The notes below the pieces were generated by a model. It was not told the origin of the DNA, did not search any database, and saw only the letters and a program-made list of their open reading frames with translations. A DNA stretch of 64,000 bases, from contig CM102286.1 of the NCBI GenBank assembly GCA_046563655.1, positions 13,020,001 through 13,084,000 on the forward strand, given 5' to 3'. A program made the translations under genes and the position numbers. Of this stretch, positions 25,001 to 39,600 are shown piece after piece; position 1 is the stretch's first letter; every line of letters starts with the position of its first letter. The stretch comes from Yuukianura sp. NJ FZ-2021 (taxonomy: Eukaryota).

Positions 25001-28000
25001 TTTCAACTCCCACCTTTCACCGAAGTCTCAAGGCACACGAAGTTGACCACTAATATTTAGAAACCATTAGCATTTTACAAAAGTTATGTTAAATACCCTA
25101 GGTCATTTAGGTCTTTTAAAAAACAACTTTAAATAACAGTTTAAAGATCAAATGAGTAATTATGAGCTGCATCTGTTTAGTAAAAAAAAATATTCAAAAT
25201 GGCAAAAAAACACTATTTCAACTTAAAATACACCGCAACCGCAGTGTTTTAGCATTGTAAACCTAGGGACGCCTACGAAAAAAAAGCGGAAATGGTAAAG
25301 CTTTTTGCACTTAAAGACTAGGGCCACATACAAATTATTAAGCACCATAATCACGTCAAATGCATTTAACTTTATCGAAGTGAAACTTCACGAATCTACA
25401 TTATTTAAAAGAACTACTTAAAGGTTGAACGTCAACCAAGCAATTAAAAAATTTTGATTCCACTAATGAAAAGCAGAAAGATACAAAAAAAAAATTTTTT
25501 TTTCTCTGCACAACATAAATTTTGATTTTTCAATATTTCCCCCAACTCTTTTGAAATTCATATCACCGTTCAAAAATATCGATTTTGGAGTTGGTAACTG
25601 CTAAAAAAAAACAATTTTAGTAAATATTTCAGTTGCAGTAAAAAAAAATATTTCAAAGTCATTTCAACCTCAAAAAAAATAATTTTTTTTTGGCGAAAAG
25701 AGATTTTTGCATTACATATTTTGCGCATCTTTGCGATTCATATCAGGTCCGAATCTTTCGTTAATTGGCGTGTGATGAGTTATGTAATTGGCGCAATTTT
25801 AAATAGTGGATCGGTTGAGCTACAGAACACTTACGTTATCCCTGTCGTTAAATAATTCAAAGCATTGATTAGTAAATTTCCTCATTCTAGCGCAATTACT
25901 TCACCCGTACAACAGAACCAATTGACACCCAATGTTATTTGGCATATGGCATATATACGTGTAGAATAATTTTTTTTTCTTAAAAAAGTGGACGTGCTGT
26001 ACTTTACACATAAAGTTTGTACACTCAGGAAGAAGACCGTAATTGCAGTTGCAACGTGTTTAGCCTAATTGTGAGTTGATCCATGGGGCACTACTGTAGC
26101 CCTTTGACTTTTGAGATTCATTATTTGCAGCATAAAGATCAAAGAAGATAGAAAGTGGTCAAACCACATGTAGAGATGGATAAACTAACTTGAAATATAA
26201 TTTAACTCTAATAAATCAGGTAAGTGACTCCTCATAACTAGAGCACGATTTAGCTTACATAACAGGAATTCGTGAACACACATACACATGTCCTGTTTTT
26301 TTTTGTAGTTATAGAGCACCAAGCATAAAAGCGTTTACGTAACATTGCTTCCGGAAAGAAAAAGGAAGTCCACCATAATAATTGCCGCAGCAGATTCTCA
26401 TTTGAGGAATTTAACGTTTTATGACAAGAGTTACATATTCACATTTCGTTTGACATAACAAAGAAATTGGTAATGAATTCAACTTCTAAGTAACAGTAAG
26501 TAGCGCGCGTCAATCTTGCCGGCCACATTTACACAATAACAGGAATTCTACAATATTTTCTTAACGCTAAACGGAAGTGGTACAATTACCTCAAAAACCA
26601 CTAACCACTAAAACATGTAAATATTCAGGAAGTTCTTTTTATGATCAGCGCTTCGGCAGCATTTGTGGCGACTCCTGCTCTTATTTAATCTAGATCACCC
26701 GGCACAAGAAATTTCCGAGGGGAAAAAGTAACAAATTTTGATACATTTTTGGTATATTACTTGATAAAAGGATAATACAATCTCAGCCAACGCTTAAACT
26801 TGTAATCCTAGTAATTGGAACTTACTCGTGCTAATCCGAAACGTTTTTTTTAAACAAGTGGTAAACATTTTCAACAAAAAAAAACTAGCAAACGAAAGAT
26901 TTAGGCTTTACGGCGTGAAAATTGTACATGTAACAATTGTTTAAAATGAGTTAATAGTGGATATTAAAACTGTGGTTTTTGGGAATATCTAGTACTACCG
27001 CTGCGCAGGCTTAGTTCCAACTTTCAATATTTTAGCAAATTATGAATTTCTCTAAACTAATTCTAACTTCGAATGCGAGTCCAATTTAAAATTATATTAA
27101 TTGCGTACGTACCGGTAACAAATTTCTTCACACCACTTTTGCTTCAAATTCTAATTAATTTTTAATTCAATTGTTTGTATTCCGTTCTTTTGTTTCTCTT
27201 TCAAATTTATGATTGACAGTTTTGCAAACAAAAAAAAAGAGAAGCGTCAGTTATGAGCTTACACACTTCCTGTTACACTTTTTTAGTTTAACAATTGTAA
27301 TAAAAGTGTAAAATATCAAGATCAGTTCTCTTCTCATCCAACGGAATACTGCGTAACCCGGCGTTTTCACACGAAAGTTGCTTAATTAAAACTTATAAAT
27401 CACAAAATGTAGAAAAACAGTTTTGCTTTGACATTACTTCCTTTCATTAACTTTTCTATAAGTTGTATAAATGTTAATTCAGAGTTTAAATTCTACACCA
27501 CCACTCAAATGTGCAAACCACCTTCGTGTAACAGTTCTTGCAGCATATAATTTTTGATATTTAAAAAATGCACTTTAATTACTATTAAAAGTGACAGTGA
27601 CCGTAATATTTACTCAATTAAAGCCGTTCACAAGTAACGCCCCTTTGTTTTACTTAACACTTTACTCTTATGACGAAATAACTTTTACAATTCCTTTGCA
27701 AAAAACGAAATGACAACAGTCACAAAAATATTTGTCATCGTAGGGCACACGAAGGTACTGAAGGCCGCCAGAATACATTAAAAATGTAACCGATCTGCCT
27801 AATTACTATGTGTTGATGAAAATACAGTAAAAAATGTAATTGTGTCACCCAATATCTATTCAGCGCCAACTAAATTAAACAGGATTTGTTCACAATTATT
27901 CCGTGACACAATACATTCACTTATTTTTATTTACGGTTTACTTAACTCTTATTATTGTTCTGTCATCAGTTAACCTATTCTGACCCCAAATCCATCTCAA

Positions 28001-29577
28001 ATGACCTTTCATGTCCAAATTTGTTTTGTTTTATCACATGTATGGTTCATATCACATGTCAAAGGTCAAATTTGTCATTACATAATAACCAGCATCCGCT
28101 GTTTAACAACCAACCATCATGTTTCTACGCTGCTGTTAGCACTGCCACACCTCCTGCTGCTACAGGAGGTGTGGCATTGTTTGCTGAATACTAAATTTTT
28201 AAACATAAATCGATTAAACACATGGTAAGTTGTATCTCTGCCACTGTGTAACAACAACTTATTAAGAAACAAAACAACATTTTTAATTTAGTACTGTACT
28301 GTACAGTTTACCGTCTGGTAACACCAAAACTACACACGCACTTGCGTCATAGTATGCGTAGAAGCATTTTTGCGTAACAGTTTGAGCCAATTGCCACTAT
28401 ACGAAATAGCCGTTTCTTTTTGCTTCGCGCGAAAATTAAAATAATTAAGTTACTCAACCACTTCCGACCTGGAAGATGACAGATTAGCATCTCTCCCCAT
28501 TAAAATTGTTCTACTGCTCGCAATTTAGTGATAATTTTGCGTTCAAATTAAGTTGAAACGAAAAAACCAGCTCAAAATGTGAATGTTAAAGATCACAGAA
28601 GCGGATCCACTCCGTTGTTTACAAGTTTTGCTTGAAAAGATGAAATATGACCAAAAGTACATCGGCGCATGACAGTTGCGTTGGTCGTAATGAGTGATAA
28701 ATGGCGCCCAAACGGCGGAAAGTAAAAGTGGAAAAACGCGTAAGCAACATGCGCAGCCATTATAGGTTATGTTATTTTCCGGTCAAAATTGGGTCGGCAA
28801 CTCCTCCGGAACAACACGTACGCGTAACGCTCCTTAATAACAAAATCGTTGAGTGTATTCAAAATTGATGCCAAAAAAGTTACAAAAAAACGGCGGAAAA
28901 CCGGTTAGCATAGCAAAGGCTCAAGCCTTTTAAAGATGACGGCATCAGTGGAATCTCTTAACAAAAAGATAAAAAGCTTTCAGGAATAATTCAACAAAAA
29001 GCAGCAGTACACCATCCATTTAGTAATTTTTAATCAGAATGCATATTATTTTGGCAACAAATTTCGATTTTGCAATAACTTCTACAGAAAATTTCAAATT
29101 CCTTGAGGCCAAAAGTCAAAAACGAATTTCCTCGATATGACTCTTATGCTTGACATGTTTTGGGAATAATACTTGGCAAGTGTAAAGGTGGGTCGTGGAC
29201 GTTGGACGACAAAGGGTTGGCCCCTTTGGCCCACGTAGTAAACCAACCATGCAGTTGAGACAATACAAGGATTATGCAATCGCAGTTAGGTTAGTTTTTG
29301 CAGATGAGGGAGTGCTTGAGTGCCTACTGGTGGACAACGGGGCCCTTCCTTGACCACTTAACCATACGAGTCATCATCCCTTGAAATTATAAGGGCCCTT
29401 AGCTTCCGGAAGAAGTTATTATGCCAAGGGAAGATCTAGATCCGAATATCTTAAGATTACAACTTATATTCCCATATGCATGGTATAATTCAACAAGTTT
29501 TTCCTTGGACTACACATGACATGACGACTACTGTTGACTCCCATGCCTCCCAAAGTGAACACTACGAAAGTTAACAG

Positions 29578-29584
29578 TATAAAA
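29578..29584 (+). promoter_or_regulatory. TATA box of the His-rich gene
   Basis: TATAAAA about 30 nt before an Inr-like GCAGTT (about 29611) and 160 nt upstream of ATG 29741. Confidence 0.65.
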
Positions 29585-29740
29585 GCTCCGTGACCAGTTT
29601 GACGCAGCATGCAGTTTTGCGATAGTCTTCGGACTTGAGTGACTCCTGACTGGGCTCCTTCTGAGCAGTTTTTCAAGTGATCTTCGCTACACGCTTCTTT
29701 AGTACTTTTCAGTGTAAAAGTATTTATTTGGAATCGGAAA

Positions 29741-31140
29741 ATGAAATCGTTCATTTCGTTTGTGGTAAGTCAAATTACAAAAAAAATGCATCAAATTTAA
29801 AAAATTTGATTTGGAACACAACACTGTCAAATCCGTTTGAAAAGCAGGCTTCACAATTTAAAAACAATTTTGCACAGCAAAGCAAAACTTGTCCATAAAT
29901 GCACTTCTAATTTTCACTTTTCCGTAAATTTTGAATTCTCATATTCATTTAATTGCAAATAAAAATTTGCGTTTCTATTCAAAAACATTGACTAGAACAA
30001 AATAGAAATTTAATTAAACGTTAAGTAAAAGTTATGAGAGCCAAAAAGTGAAGAGTGAAAGTGCATTCCCAAAGACTTATGAGAACAACTCTTGCCTTTC
30101 TCATCATAGATTATTGACAATGACGAGGAAAAAACCTTAGTAAAAAGTGGATTAACAAGCAATTTAGCAATTAAAAAAAAGTAGAAACATGTACACTCAA
30201 AAGAAACGATTTCTTATCCTAATATTTCTCGTTTCAAATCCTACACTTCTGACCATGACCCAATACAATACATTTTCTTTGCAAATGTTGCAGATTCTTG
30301 GCTCCCTCTTGAGCCTGGTCATTGCCGAGCCACCAATCGGAGGATGGGAAGGTGGTGGCGGGTATGCTGATGGACCCGCTGGCGGAATCGGTGGTGGAAT
30401 CGGTGGCGGATACGGTGGTGACGTCGGACACGTCGAAGTTCTACACGGTGAAAACACGCATGCTCAAGGGCCAACCGTCGTCAAGGAATACCACAGCCAC
30501 TCATACGTCAAGAAACCAACACACTCTGTTCAACACTTTGAAACACACCAACATCGCGCCAAGAAAATCATTCATCAACACCACCAGAAACAACAAGTCG
30601 TTCACAAGCACCACCACCACAAGCACATCCTCAATACCCACCATCTCCACAAGGTTCGTTCACCTCCAATTTAAAAAAAAAGCCGAAAATTTTACCAAAA
30701 AAACTGAAAATTCTTGAAAAAAAGTCATAATTTTGAATTTGGCTCAACCGCATGCGTACGCCTATTATACAATCATAAACTAATTCCACTTCCGCCATTT
30801 TTTTCTAGGTCCATCTCCACAACTTGCACACCCAGAAGGAACATCTCCACAAACACATTAAGCACACTGAACACGTACGTTTTCTTGCACAACACCCAAA
30901 AATCATGTCACTTCCTAAAACTAATTGAATTCACTAAAATTTGAAATTTCCCGCCAATCCTTCTAGGTTCATCAACCGATCTACCATGTTCATGAGCAAC
31001 ACAAGCACAAGGAGACAGAGGAACACCGACACAAGGAAACCTTCGGCGAGAACCACCAACATGTTCACAAATTCTCCGAATCTTCCCGCCATAATCCACC
31101 AATCCACAACAGACCCAGGGGATGGAATCCATGGGGTTGA
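29741..31140 (+). CDS. Secreted Gly-rich/His-rich low-complexity protein (about 207 aa), probably cuticular
   Basis: Exons 29741-29764 (MKSFISFV), 30294-30653, 30809-30874 and 30967-31140, all phase 0 GT-AG. Signal peptide MKSFISFVILGSLLSLVIA|EPP, then GGIGGGYGG repeats and a long His-rich region ending RPRGWNPWG*. AATAAA near 31788. Confidence 0.85.
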
Positions 31141-32056
31141 AAATAAGCCACGACAATTGACATGCGAGCTACTTCAAATCGCTAGAAATCTAGAAAACTT
31201 CTATTAGAATACTGCTCAGGCCAAGTCATCCAACGGGCTTTTTTGTTTTATAAGAGACTACACTCACTCCCTTGAAACTATTTACTTAAAATACTACAAG
31301 TTCAAAGTTTTATCTTAAATACTTATATTTTAGACTTAAAAATGCAACGAGCACTGAAAAACAGCGATTCGTCGAATTCATCAACACTACTTTCATCTCC
31401 TCCCTACTAGTCGCTACACTTAACACAAAGTAAATCTCAACATGACATTTTAGTTTTTTGTAAATCTCCAACTATTTTTTCAATTTTCTGTAGTATCTCT
31501 GCTACACCTTTAGAAACTGTAACTTTGTCACACTTTTGTTTCAACGACATCAAACACTATAACCTTAATTTTCTTCCTTCTCCCTTCTTCTCCTGTGCAA
31601 AAAACTTTGAATTTTTGCCAATTCTTCTTACTCGACTTTCACTCTAAATTTCCTATTCTGTTCCTTACGCCTACCATATTTTTTTTCTCTAAATAATCCA
31701 CCTTCACAATTATTCTTTTTTCTCCTTTTTCTCTTAAATTTTTATGTCACGTAACGAATGAATGCCTTTTAGATACTCGGAAAGTGTAATAAAGACAACA
31801 ACACTTTTAAACTTACTGCGGAAATTGTATGAAAAATTTGGGTTAATTGATTGCAGCATAATTTGACTTGGAAGGAAATGACATCAATTCGATTAAGCAA
31901 TTGTTTTGACATAAATTCAAAATGTCAACATCATTGGGTAATTCTTTGATTAATTTACTCAATCAAACTTTTAATGCAATAAACTCGCCACAGTATTACC
32001 CAAATTACTTATTAAAAAACAAGTAAAATTCTGAATACAACGTAAATGTGATAATA

Positions 32057-32735
32057 CAGTGGATTCTCTAAATAAGGGACAGGAGCTCCTCCTCTTTCTC
32101 ACTTTCACTCGAAGTCGCGGTACCGTAAAGTTTTAATTTTGGAGGGAACGTATGTTTCAGTTTATCGGCTTATTTTTTACGATTGTTTTTTTTGGTTAAT
32201 TTTTTTTGGTGCGAAACAAAAGTAATTAGATAATTAAATGGAATTAACTAATATTAATATATATATATTATATATATATATATCTGCGCACAAACTGCGC
32301 AACAGCGCACAACCTGCGCAACAGCGCACAACCTGCGCAACAGCGCACAACCTGCGCAACAGCGCACAACCTGCGCAACAGCGCACAACCTGCGCAACAG
32401 CGCACAACCTGCGCAACAGCGCACAACCTGCGCAACAGCGCACTGTTAACCTGTTTAATAAGGGTGACATTCACAGCGTAATTTGCATATAATATACCAT
32501 ATAATATTGATTAGTATATAGATATCACATATAATTAGCATTAATATATGAATATTATGTATATTAATATTAATTATATACTCTGAACTTCGAAACAGGA
32601 AATTTTCATTAGCATGGTGTTCCTAGCCTTAAATTCCATATAACTGACCGTTTACCAGAAATCTTACCGTACTGGGGGAGGCGCCTACTACCAATCCTCC
32701 AATCGTGATTTTTTCCTTATTTAGAGAATCCACTG
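32057..32735 (+). mobile_element. Tc1/mariner/pogo-type MITE, copy 1 (679 bp)
   Basis: 21-bp TIR CAGTGGATTCTCTAAATAAGG at both ends, TA on both flanks (32055-56, 32736-37), near-identical to 46363-47172 in opposite orientation, no transposase ORF. Confidence 0.92.
32295..32443 (+). repeat. 19-bp minisatellite (CTGCGCAACAGCGCACAAC), about 8 units, inside MITE copy 1
   Basis: Perfect tandem units flanked by (TA)n-rich sequence. Confidence 0.95.
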
Positions 32736-33695
32736 TAATTAACATTGATTTTTAAGAGAGAACTCCCATGAAATTATTGAGTGATGAGTGAGATTGGAGA
32801 ATCTGCTTGTGGAGAACCAACTCTTTTTATCACATGAAATTCTCCCATCTCATTCCCTATCTAACAAAATGCAAAGTTTTGGGAGGGTGCCCACTATAGG
32901 AAAGTCTATTAACAAATCCGTTCCTGCCAAAAATTTAACTCAAATTCCTACAAGTAAAATTCAATTTTTTTAAAAAAGAAAATAACCGTTTGGAGATTAA
33001 AAAAAAAAACACCTGAGGGAAAAAAAAATAAAAAATCCACCCCGGTGAATTAGTTTTTCTCACTTGAGAAGTACAAAAGATTGTAGTCGCAGTCGCAGCA
33101 TCCTAGATGTTAGAGTACAAATAAAATGGAGAATATACAAAATCTAGACAGTCTAGACTAGACTGGATGCATCTTCGGCAAACCACTGCGACAAAAATCG
33201 TTGCGCCGCTGCGATATTAAATCCCAAACATAAAATTTTGTTTAATACAGAATTAAATAGAGAATGAATTCAAATAATAAATGCAATAAACATTAGCATA
33301 GTCAAACTACAGAAAGACAGATATCTCTATAATTCAAGATTCCCGTTCCATCTCCATCTAAACACGCAGGTTTAAAGTTCCTACAAAAGTTTGCAAAAAG
33401 CAGGATCAACACCACTAGATGATGTTGCCTACAAATTTCTTTAAGCCGCACTACCAAAGCAATTAATTAAATTGGCGAAGAATATCCTCACGTAATGCAA
33501 CTTCTTTATACTGTCATGTAAAATATTACTATAGTTTCAAAGTGTACCAATTAACATGTAATTGTAAAACTAGGTAGTACAACCAATTATGTACAAGCAA
33601 TTGAAATCGAATATTATTTGCCATAAAACACAAGTAATCACAGGTATTATGTTCCAGCATAACTGATTAATTGATTGATATTTGTATTATTAAGT

Positions 33696-36600
33696 TTAGT
33701 GTCTCCAAAATCTTTGTTTTTCTCCAAACTCCACAATTTTCTCTTCGACATGAAGCCCCTTCCTTTTCCTTATGGCATTCATGTACTTTCTCGCTCTATT
33801 TTCCGTATCTGCTTTCTCTCCAAAATGAACATACTCCTCTTCAGTTGTCGGCTGCCAAAACGGATCAATGTCCAACACCTAACCAATCAAAATCCAAATT
33901 TTTAATTTACTTAAAAAATTTCACCAACCTACCTCCATTTAAAAAACAACAAAACAAAAACGAAAAAAAAATGGATAAAAAATGAACACAACAAAACAGA
34001 AATGTCATTGTACACAAAACAACATTTTTGAGTCTACTTCCCTCAAATTTCGTAAATCTACATTCATTAAAAAATCACCATCCAAACACCATACTTCTCT
34101 TTAGTTCTTAAATACAGGAAGCTAAAATTAGTTCTAACCTCCCTGCCTTGCTCCTGGAAGCGATTTTCTCGCATTTTACATTCAAGTGTTAGTACCAACT
34201 TTTTAATTAAAAAACGCATGTCAAGGTGACATTTTCCTGGACAAGAATCTCTGCAGCAAGTAAGCAGGAGCCACAGAATAATTTTAACATTACACCACCT
34301 CCATTTCAATTGTCAATTAAGCACACGCATCATAGGCCACTTCCAAAACCTCTTCAACATAGTATGGGCTACAACAAAAGGTGAAACTTAAATTTACACA
34401 AGCCATTTCTTATGGAGATCAAATCGCTTTTGGCCACTGCGTTCTAATGCATAAGCATTGTAGATTGTAGTAATTGCTCAGACCTAACTCAATTGTGGTG
34501 CCATACCTTAAGTGCCAAGCCTAGACTTGAATTTACAAACACTTTCAGTCTCGTCCACTCTCAAAAACACTTGGAATCTTATTATTCCATTTCATGAATG
34601 AAACTTTTGACTCAAAACTTTTGAGGCATAAGGTGTGTTTAGTACATTTTACTACGCCGTTTCTACACTCCCATTCATTCACAAAAATCTTTACAAAGAA
34701 CGGCCTAAGATGCTCGAATCCAACTCCATACCTGAATCCAATAGGAAATAATTTTCTTCTCAATTAACCAGCCTAACATCCTTAAACACAAAATCACGAT
34801 TCACTCAGATGAAATCAACAATAAAAAAAAATGAAACTTACAAATTTTTCACACAAAATCTCAAATTCCATTCTGAACTTACGAATTTTCCCATAAAGTA
34901 AGTATTACCACTGTTTCTTTCATAACAGCATCGCCAGAAAAGTTGTCCAATTTTCCCACATGTAATTTTAGATTGCCTGACATATGCTATTACAGAAATT
35001 CCAGGATTAAGAATTAGATATAAGGCAGAGATGAAGGCAAACTTGTTTATGAATTCCAGAAAAGCCCATCCCAATTCCAACTTATCAAACACTTCCTCCA
35101 TTCCATTCCTTCCACAATGAATGGAATTCTCTGGAGAATCAGCAGGGAAAATCTCATTGAAATTAACCGCATTTTCCCAAGATCAACCTTCACAATCACG
35201 CATTTGCGGCTTCTAGGCATGTCAATAGATAATACTACTCTTTAAAAACTTTAAAATTCATTCTGACTAAAAAGAAGCAAGATTTAGTACGCTACGAACA
35301 AATTAAACAAAATTAAATTTATCATTACCCGTCACATTCCAAAATCTTGAGTAGCATTAAGCATTAAAGGTACTCCACTAATTAACGTACGGTCAAAGAC
35401 AATCTCAATCATGAATCATACGCATCATATGTGATGGAACTACGCAATAACGTTTTAAGGTACTTTTCGTAAGGTAGTATTTGGACGTTAATTGCAAATT
35501 TATCATCATCGCCCCATTAAAATTCGCACAGAAAGCACGCCCTCACCTTCTCCGTCTCCAAAAACTCAATAAACCCTCAACAAATTTCAAAATTTCTGCC
35601 AAATGATTCACGCGTACTATGTCAGATTTGGTGCTAAACCTGCTGTATTTTTTGTCATTCCCGGATACTACAAAAACATTTCAGCACCTCTTTTCTTTCA
35701 AAAATTCAGAAAACTACCTTACAATTTTTTACAAATTGAAAAAATTCCTCTTCCCAATGTTTTTCAAAACCACGTCATCTTACGAATCCCCTCGCTCTCG
35801 TACGATTTGAAATTTACCAATTACCTGACAGATTTTTTTTCCGAAATGGAACAAAAAATCGGACAAAATTCTTCGAAGGAATCCTGGAGCATGATGATTC
35901 TTCATACTAAAGTCATGACAATGATACTCGTAACCAACCATTGCATTCTATGGCGGGTGTTTATGAGCACGGCCTCGCAGAAGTAAGAAAAAACTAGGAA
36001 GGAACTGAAACAACAATGGACAACTACAAGGAAATTGAAGACAACAAAATCGGATAGACATGCGAGAGCAGAACGATGGACTAAAAACCATTCATTCAGA
36101 GGAAGCAAATTGGTGTCTGTCGTCGTCGTTTCCCCTAAAATGTCATGCGTCCATGTCATTTCTACCCTTAACTTTTTTTTTTACTTCAAGATGAAGTTTG
36201 ATGTTAGCAGAGGATAATGACGACGATCTCCTTCAACATTGCGTGAATCTTTACCAAAAAATCAAGCTCACGCTCTAACAAATTCCATCCCCATTTCTTC
36301 AATGGAATCATCAGTTTTTGGGACGTTTTTTTTATTTTGTGATGATGTCCTGTCCACTTTAGCTTTACTTCATTATCCCTCCACCATATTATTATATCAC
36401 TTCTTTTCCTCAAATTCCTTAAAAAAATGTGAAATTTTCAACACGGGTTTGGAGCTACCTCAAAAAAATTTCCAACTTTTTGGCAACCAGGATTGTGAAA
36501 AACAAATCAACTTTACTTTTCTTCCTTTTTCAACTAAAACTTTCAATAACTCAAAAAAGTACAGTGGCGAATGTAATGTCGAATGATTAGTCATTACATG

Positions 36601-39600
36601 TACGTAGAGATGCTTCTTCTGACACGCTATCTTTGAAATTTTTATGTTAACTGGGCATAGATGATTGCTTTTTAGGAATCTGAATGAGTCTTTGGAATTC
36701 GAACACAACAAAGATGATTCTCGAGTGGCCAAAGAATAAGAACCAAAAAACCCAATCTAAATAGTCAAAATTCCATCACATAAAAAGCATCTCTCAGCTC
36801 CTCAGGTGAAAACAAAAAACTTTGAAAAGAAAATCCATTCAATTGCATATTACAAACAAATTCTATGTGAAGATGAGGAAAAATTCCTGAAAGATGAACG
36901 TGTAATTTTAGCCAAAAGATGAATTTGTCCGTGACCAATATTAGAAAAGGAATTCTTAACAGGACTTACTAACACGAAACAAACCACCAGCCAAGGCAAG
37001 TATTTTGCTAAAGGCTACAGACATCTAAAAAGTCTACATTTTTAGCTAGACGTGTGTGCAAGTCCCATGCAATTCCAGAATGGAATTCCTTTCAAAAACC
37101 CATTTACAAAACAATAGGATCTCCACAACATCATCATTTTGCATACCTCATCTTCCACAGCTTCCAAAAAAAACTAGACTCAGGATTTTAAATCATTACA
37201 AAATTACACCGAGTCAAACTGCTTTTAAAGATTTGAGAGCCATTCCATTCCAGTCATTCCAGAAATCCATTCCACAATGATTGATTGATGTTTGAAGGTG
37301 TCGAGTGAGAGAGCTGGTAGTATCTTGTGAACCACCTCTTTAGACAAAAGAAAATGGCGACCGTCGCCGTGAAAAACCAGAACAACTTGATCCAAAGAAT
37401 TGAATGGCGACATGCAAAGGAGCAAAACGAGTAACATCTAATAGCTTTCTTCAGAAAAAAAGGAAACAGAACAGAAAGAAAGACAAAACAAGTCCATAAA
37501 ACATCAATTAGCAAGTGGCAACCTCAACTAAAGGATGCTCAAGGAAACAATAGGACTATTAAAACAGCAGATTCTCAATGCCCTGGCCTCATGCCTCGCA
37601 GTATTAAACGATCCATCCCTTCGGGCGTTCAAATTTTGAGAGAAAAAAAAATCACTGCTACGAACTAAATCTGACTAACAAAAATTTCTAGACAAAGAAT
37701 ATGTTAACACGGTTCAAAAATTTAGATCAGACAGTAGAAAAATTTGCAGCGGTTGAAATAAGGCTAATCAGACTCAGTTGTACCTTCGACTTAATTTAAA
37801 ATTATCTGAACTCGCATTGTTCATCGTAAGCGTAATCAGTAGATTAGTATCACAATTTGTGCACTTCAACCATCTATTCACCAGTTTACATTGGTAATAT
37901 CGGTATGTGATTAACGTTAGCAACTACGTCGCTCAGTTTCAATTCATGACACTAGAAAAATACTAGACGGTTACAATGGCGTCCGGCCGGTTTGAATTCA
38001 ACCGTGTAAGCTTGAGTAGGAAAAATATGCGCAGAGTGAAATGAAAATCAAGCTCATATTTAATTAACTGCCATTTCTCAAACCCTGGAGCCAACTTTTA
38101 ACTTTTTAGCCTTCAACTATCATTAAAAGGCTGCTGAAGTAGCTTGTGGTCATCCGTACAGGGTCACATTTCAGACATTCAGACGCCAAAGATCAACTCC
38201 ATTCTTCCAAAAACATGTTTTGTTCTAGTTTTCTTCACACTTTGATCAAAGTAAAGGAGGTTTTACACTCCTATAACTCCTGATTCTCTAAACTAAAAAT
38301 CATCTTGATTTTCTGCATTCATCATCTTCTTTGGCAAGGTACAAAATTCCTCTGCCACTTCCATTTCAAACAGAGTTCATTCATTAAGCTTTTTGGCCTA
38401 GCTAATTATTCCTATTCCAATTTTTTCTCATCATTAGTTCATTACCTCTCATACTTCATCAACCAAAATATGAAAAGAAAAAGAAGAAAAGAGGTACATA
38501 ATTTCAATGGCACTTACCTCCCAATGACTGAAGACGAGCTGAGGTAGAGCCAAGCCAGAAGTTTGACTTCGAACTTCGTTAGCAAAGTCAAAACTTTCTA
38601 TAACCGGCAACTGAGCTGTCACTTCAAACATCGTCGAACCTTCCTGCAAATCCCCATGCAAAATCCGACCGCCACGCTTCCCCAGAACGGCGTACAAACG
38701 ACCTAAAAATTCACAAAAATTAACAAATTAAAATTTTTTGCAGAAAATCCAATTTTTAAAGCTCATGTTTACTTCAATGTCAAATTTTTCATCTTTCACT
38801 CCATATTTCATCCAAGTCAATTTTAGAATTTTGACAACTCTAATTTTAGAATTTTGGCGTCTTCAATTTTAGAATTTTGACGTTCTCTGAATATTTATTT
38901 TGACATAAAAATTGTTCTAATTACACAGTTCACTAGGTTCAAAACACAAAAAAAAAAGAGAAGAAAAGCCCCGAAGTGTTTTGGAAATACAGAAGCCAGA
39001 AAGCACCCTTGAAGGTTCAGCACTCCTGAAAAAAAGTTCCCTCCAGATTGAATTTTTGTAAGAAGGGGTCCCTTAAGTGCCCTCAAACCTCATTTGTGTC
39101 GTAAAGAACAATTTTCAATTCACAGTCATAAATCGTGCTGTCTCCCAACAAGTAGTTAGGACGTCCAGAACACATTTCCAGGGAAAGGTAATTTATCAGT
39201 GGTAAATTATTAGCCAAGATTAACTCCTGTCATTCCCAATGTTAACCACTAAATAACCAATCTACGCTCTTCCCTCCAAAAACACCAAGGGCCCCCGGAC
39301 CCTTAAATTCAAATCCAGTAGCAACTCTGAAACCCAACCTGCCCCTTCAACATGCGAAGATGCGGAGCAAAAAATTAAAACCAAGAATTGCCGTACTTCA
39401 AAACGCCGTAAAAAAATTCAGTAGCTCAAAATGCAGTAAAATTCATCAGCTCAAACGCAGTTAAAATTCGGTAGCTCAAAACTGGGTGTCAAAAATCAGT
39501 AGCTTCAAAATTTACAATTATAATTTTACTTTTCAAAAAATTTCCTCCTTCAAAACCATATGTAAATCCCATTTCAACCTTAACTTTTCCAAAAGTTTTA

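Noticed and set aside
25100..27920. Weak repeats, short hairpins (27834-27917) and stray splice donors upstream of POLD1
   Set aside because: Too degenerate to define an element or a gene; likely decayed repeats or regulatory DNA.
37707..38007. Possible 300-bp MITE with ACACGGTT/AACCGTGT ends
   Set aside because: Only an 8-bp inverted match, no TSD and no second copy in the window.
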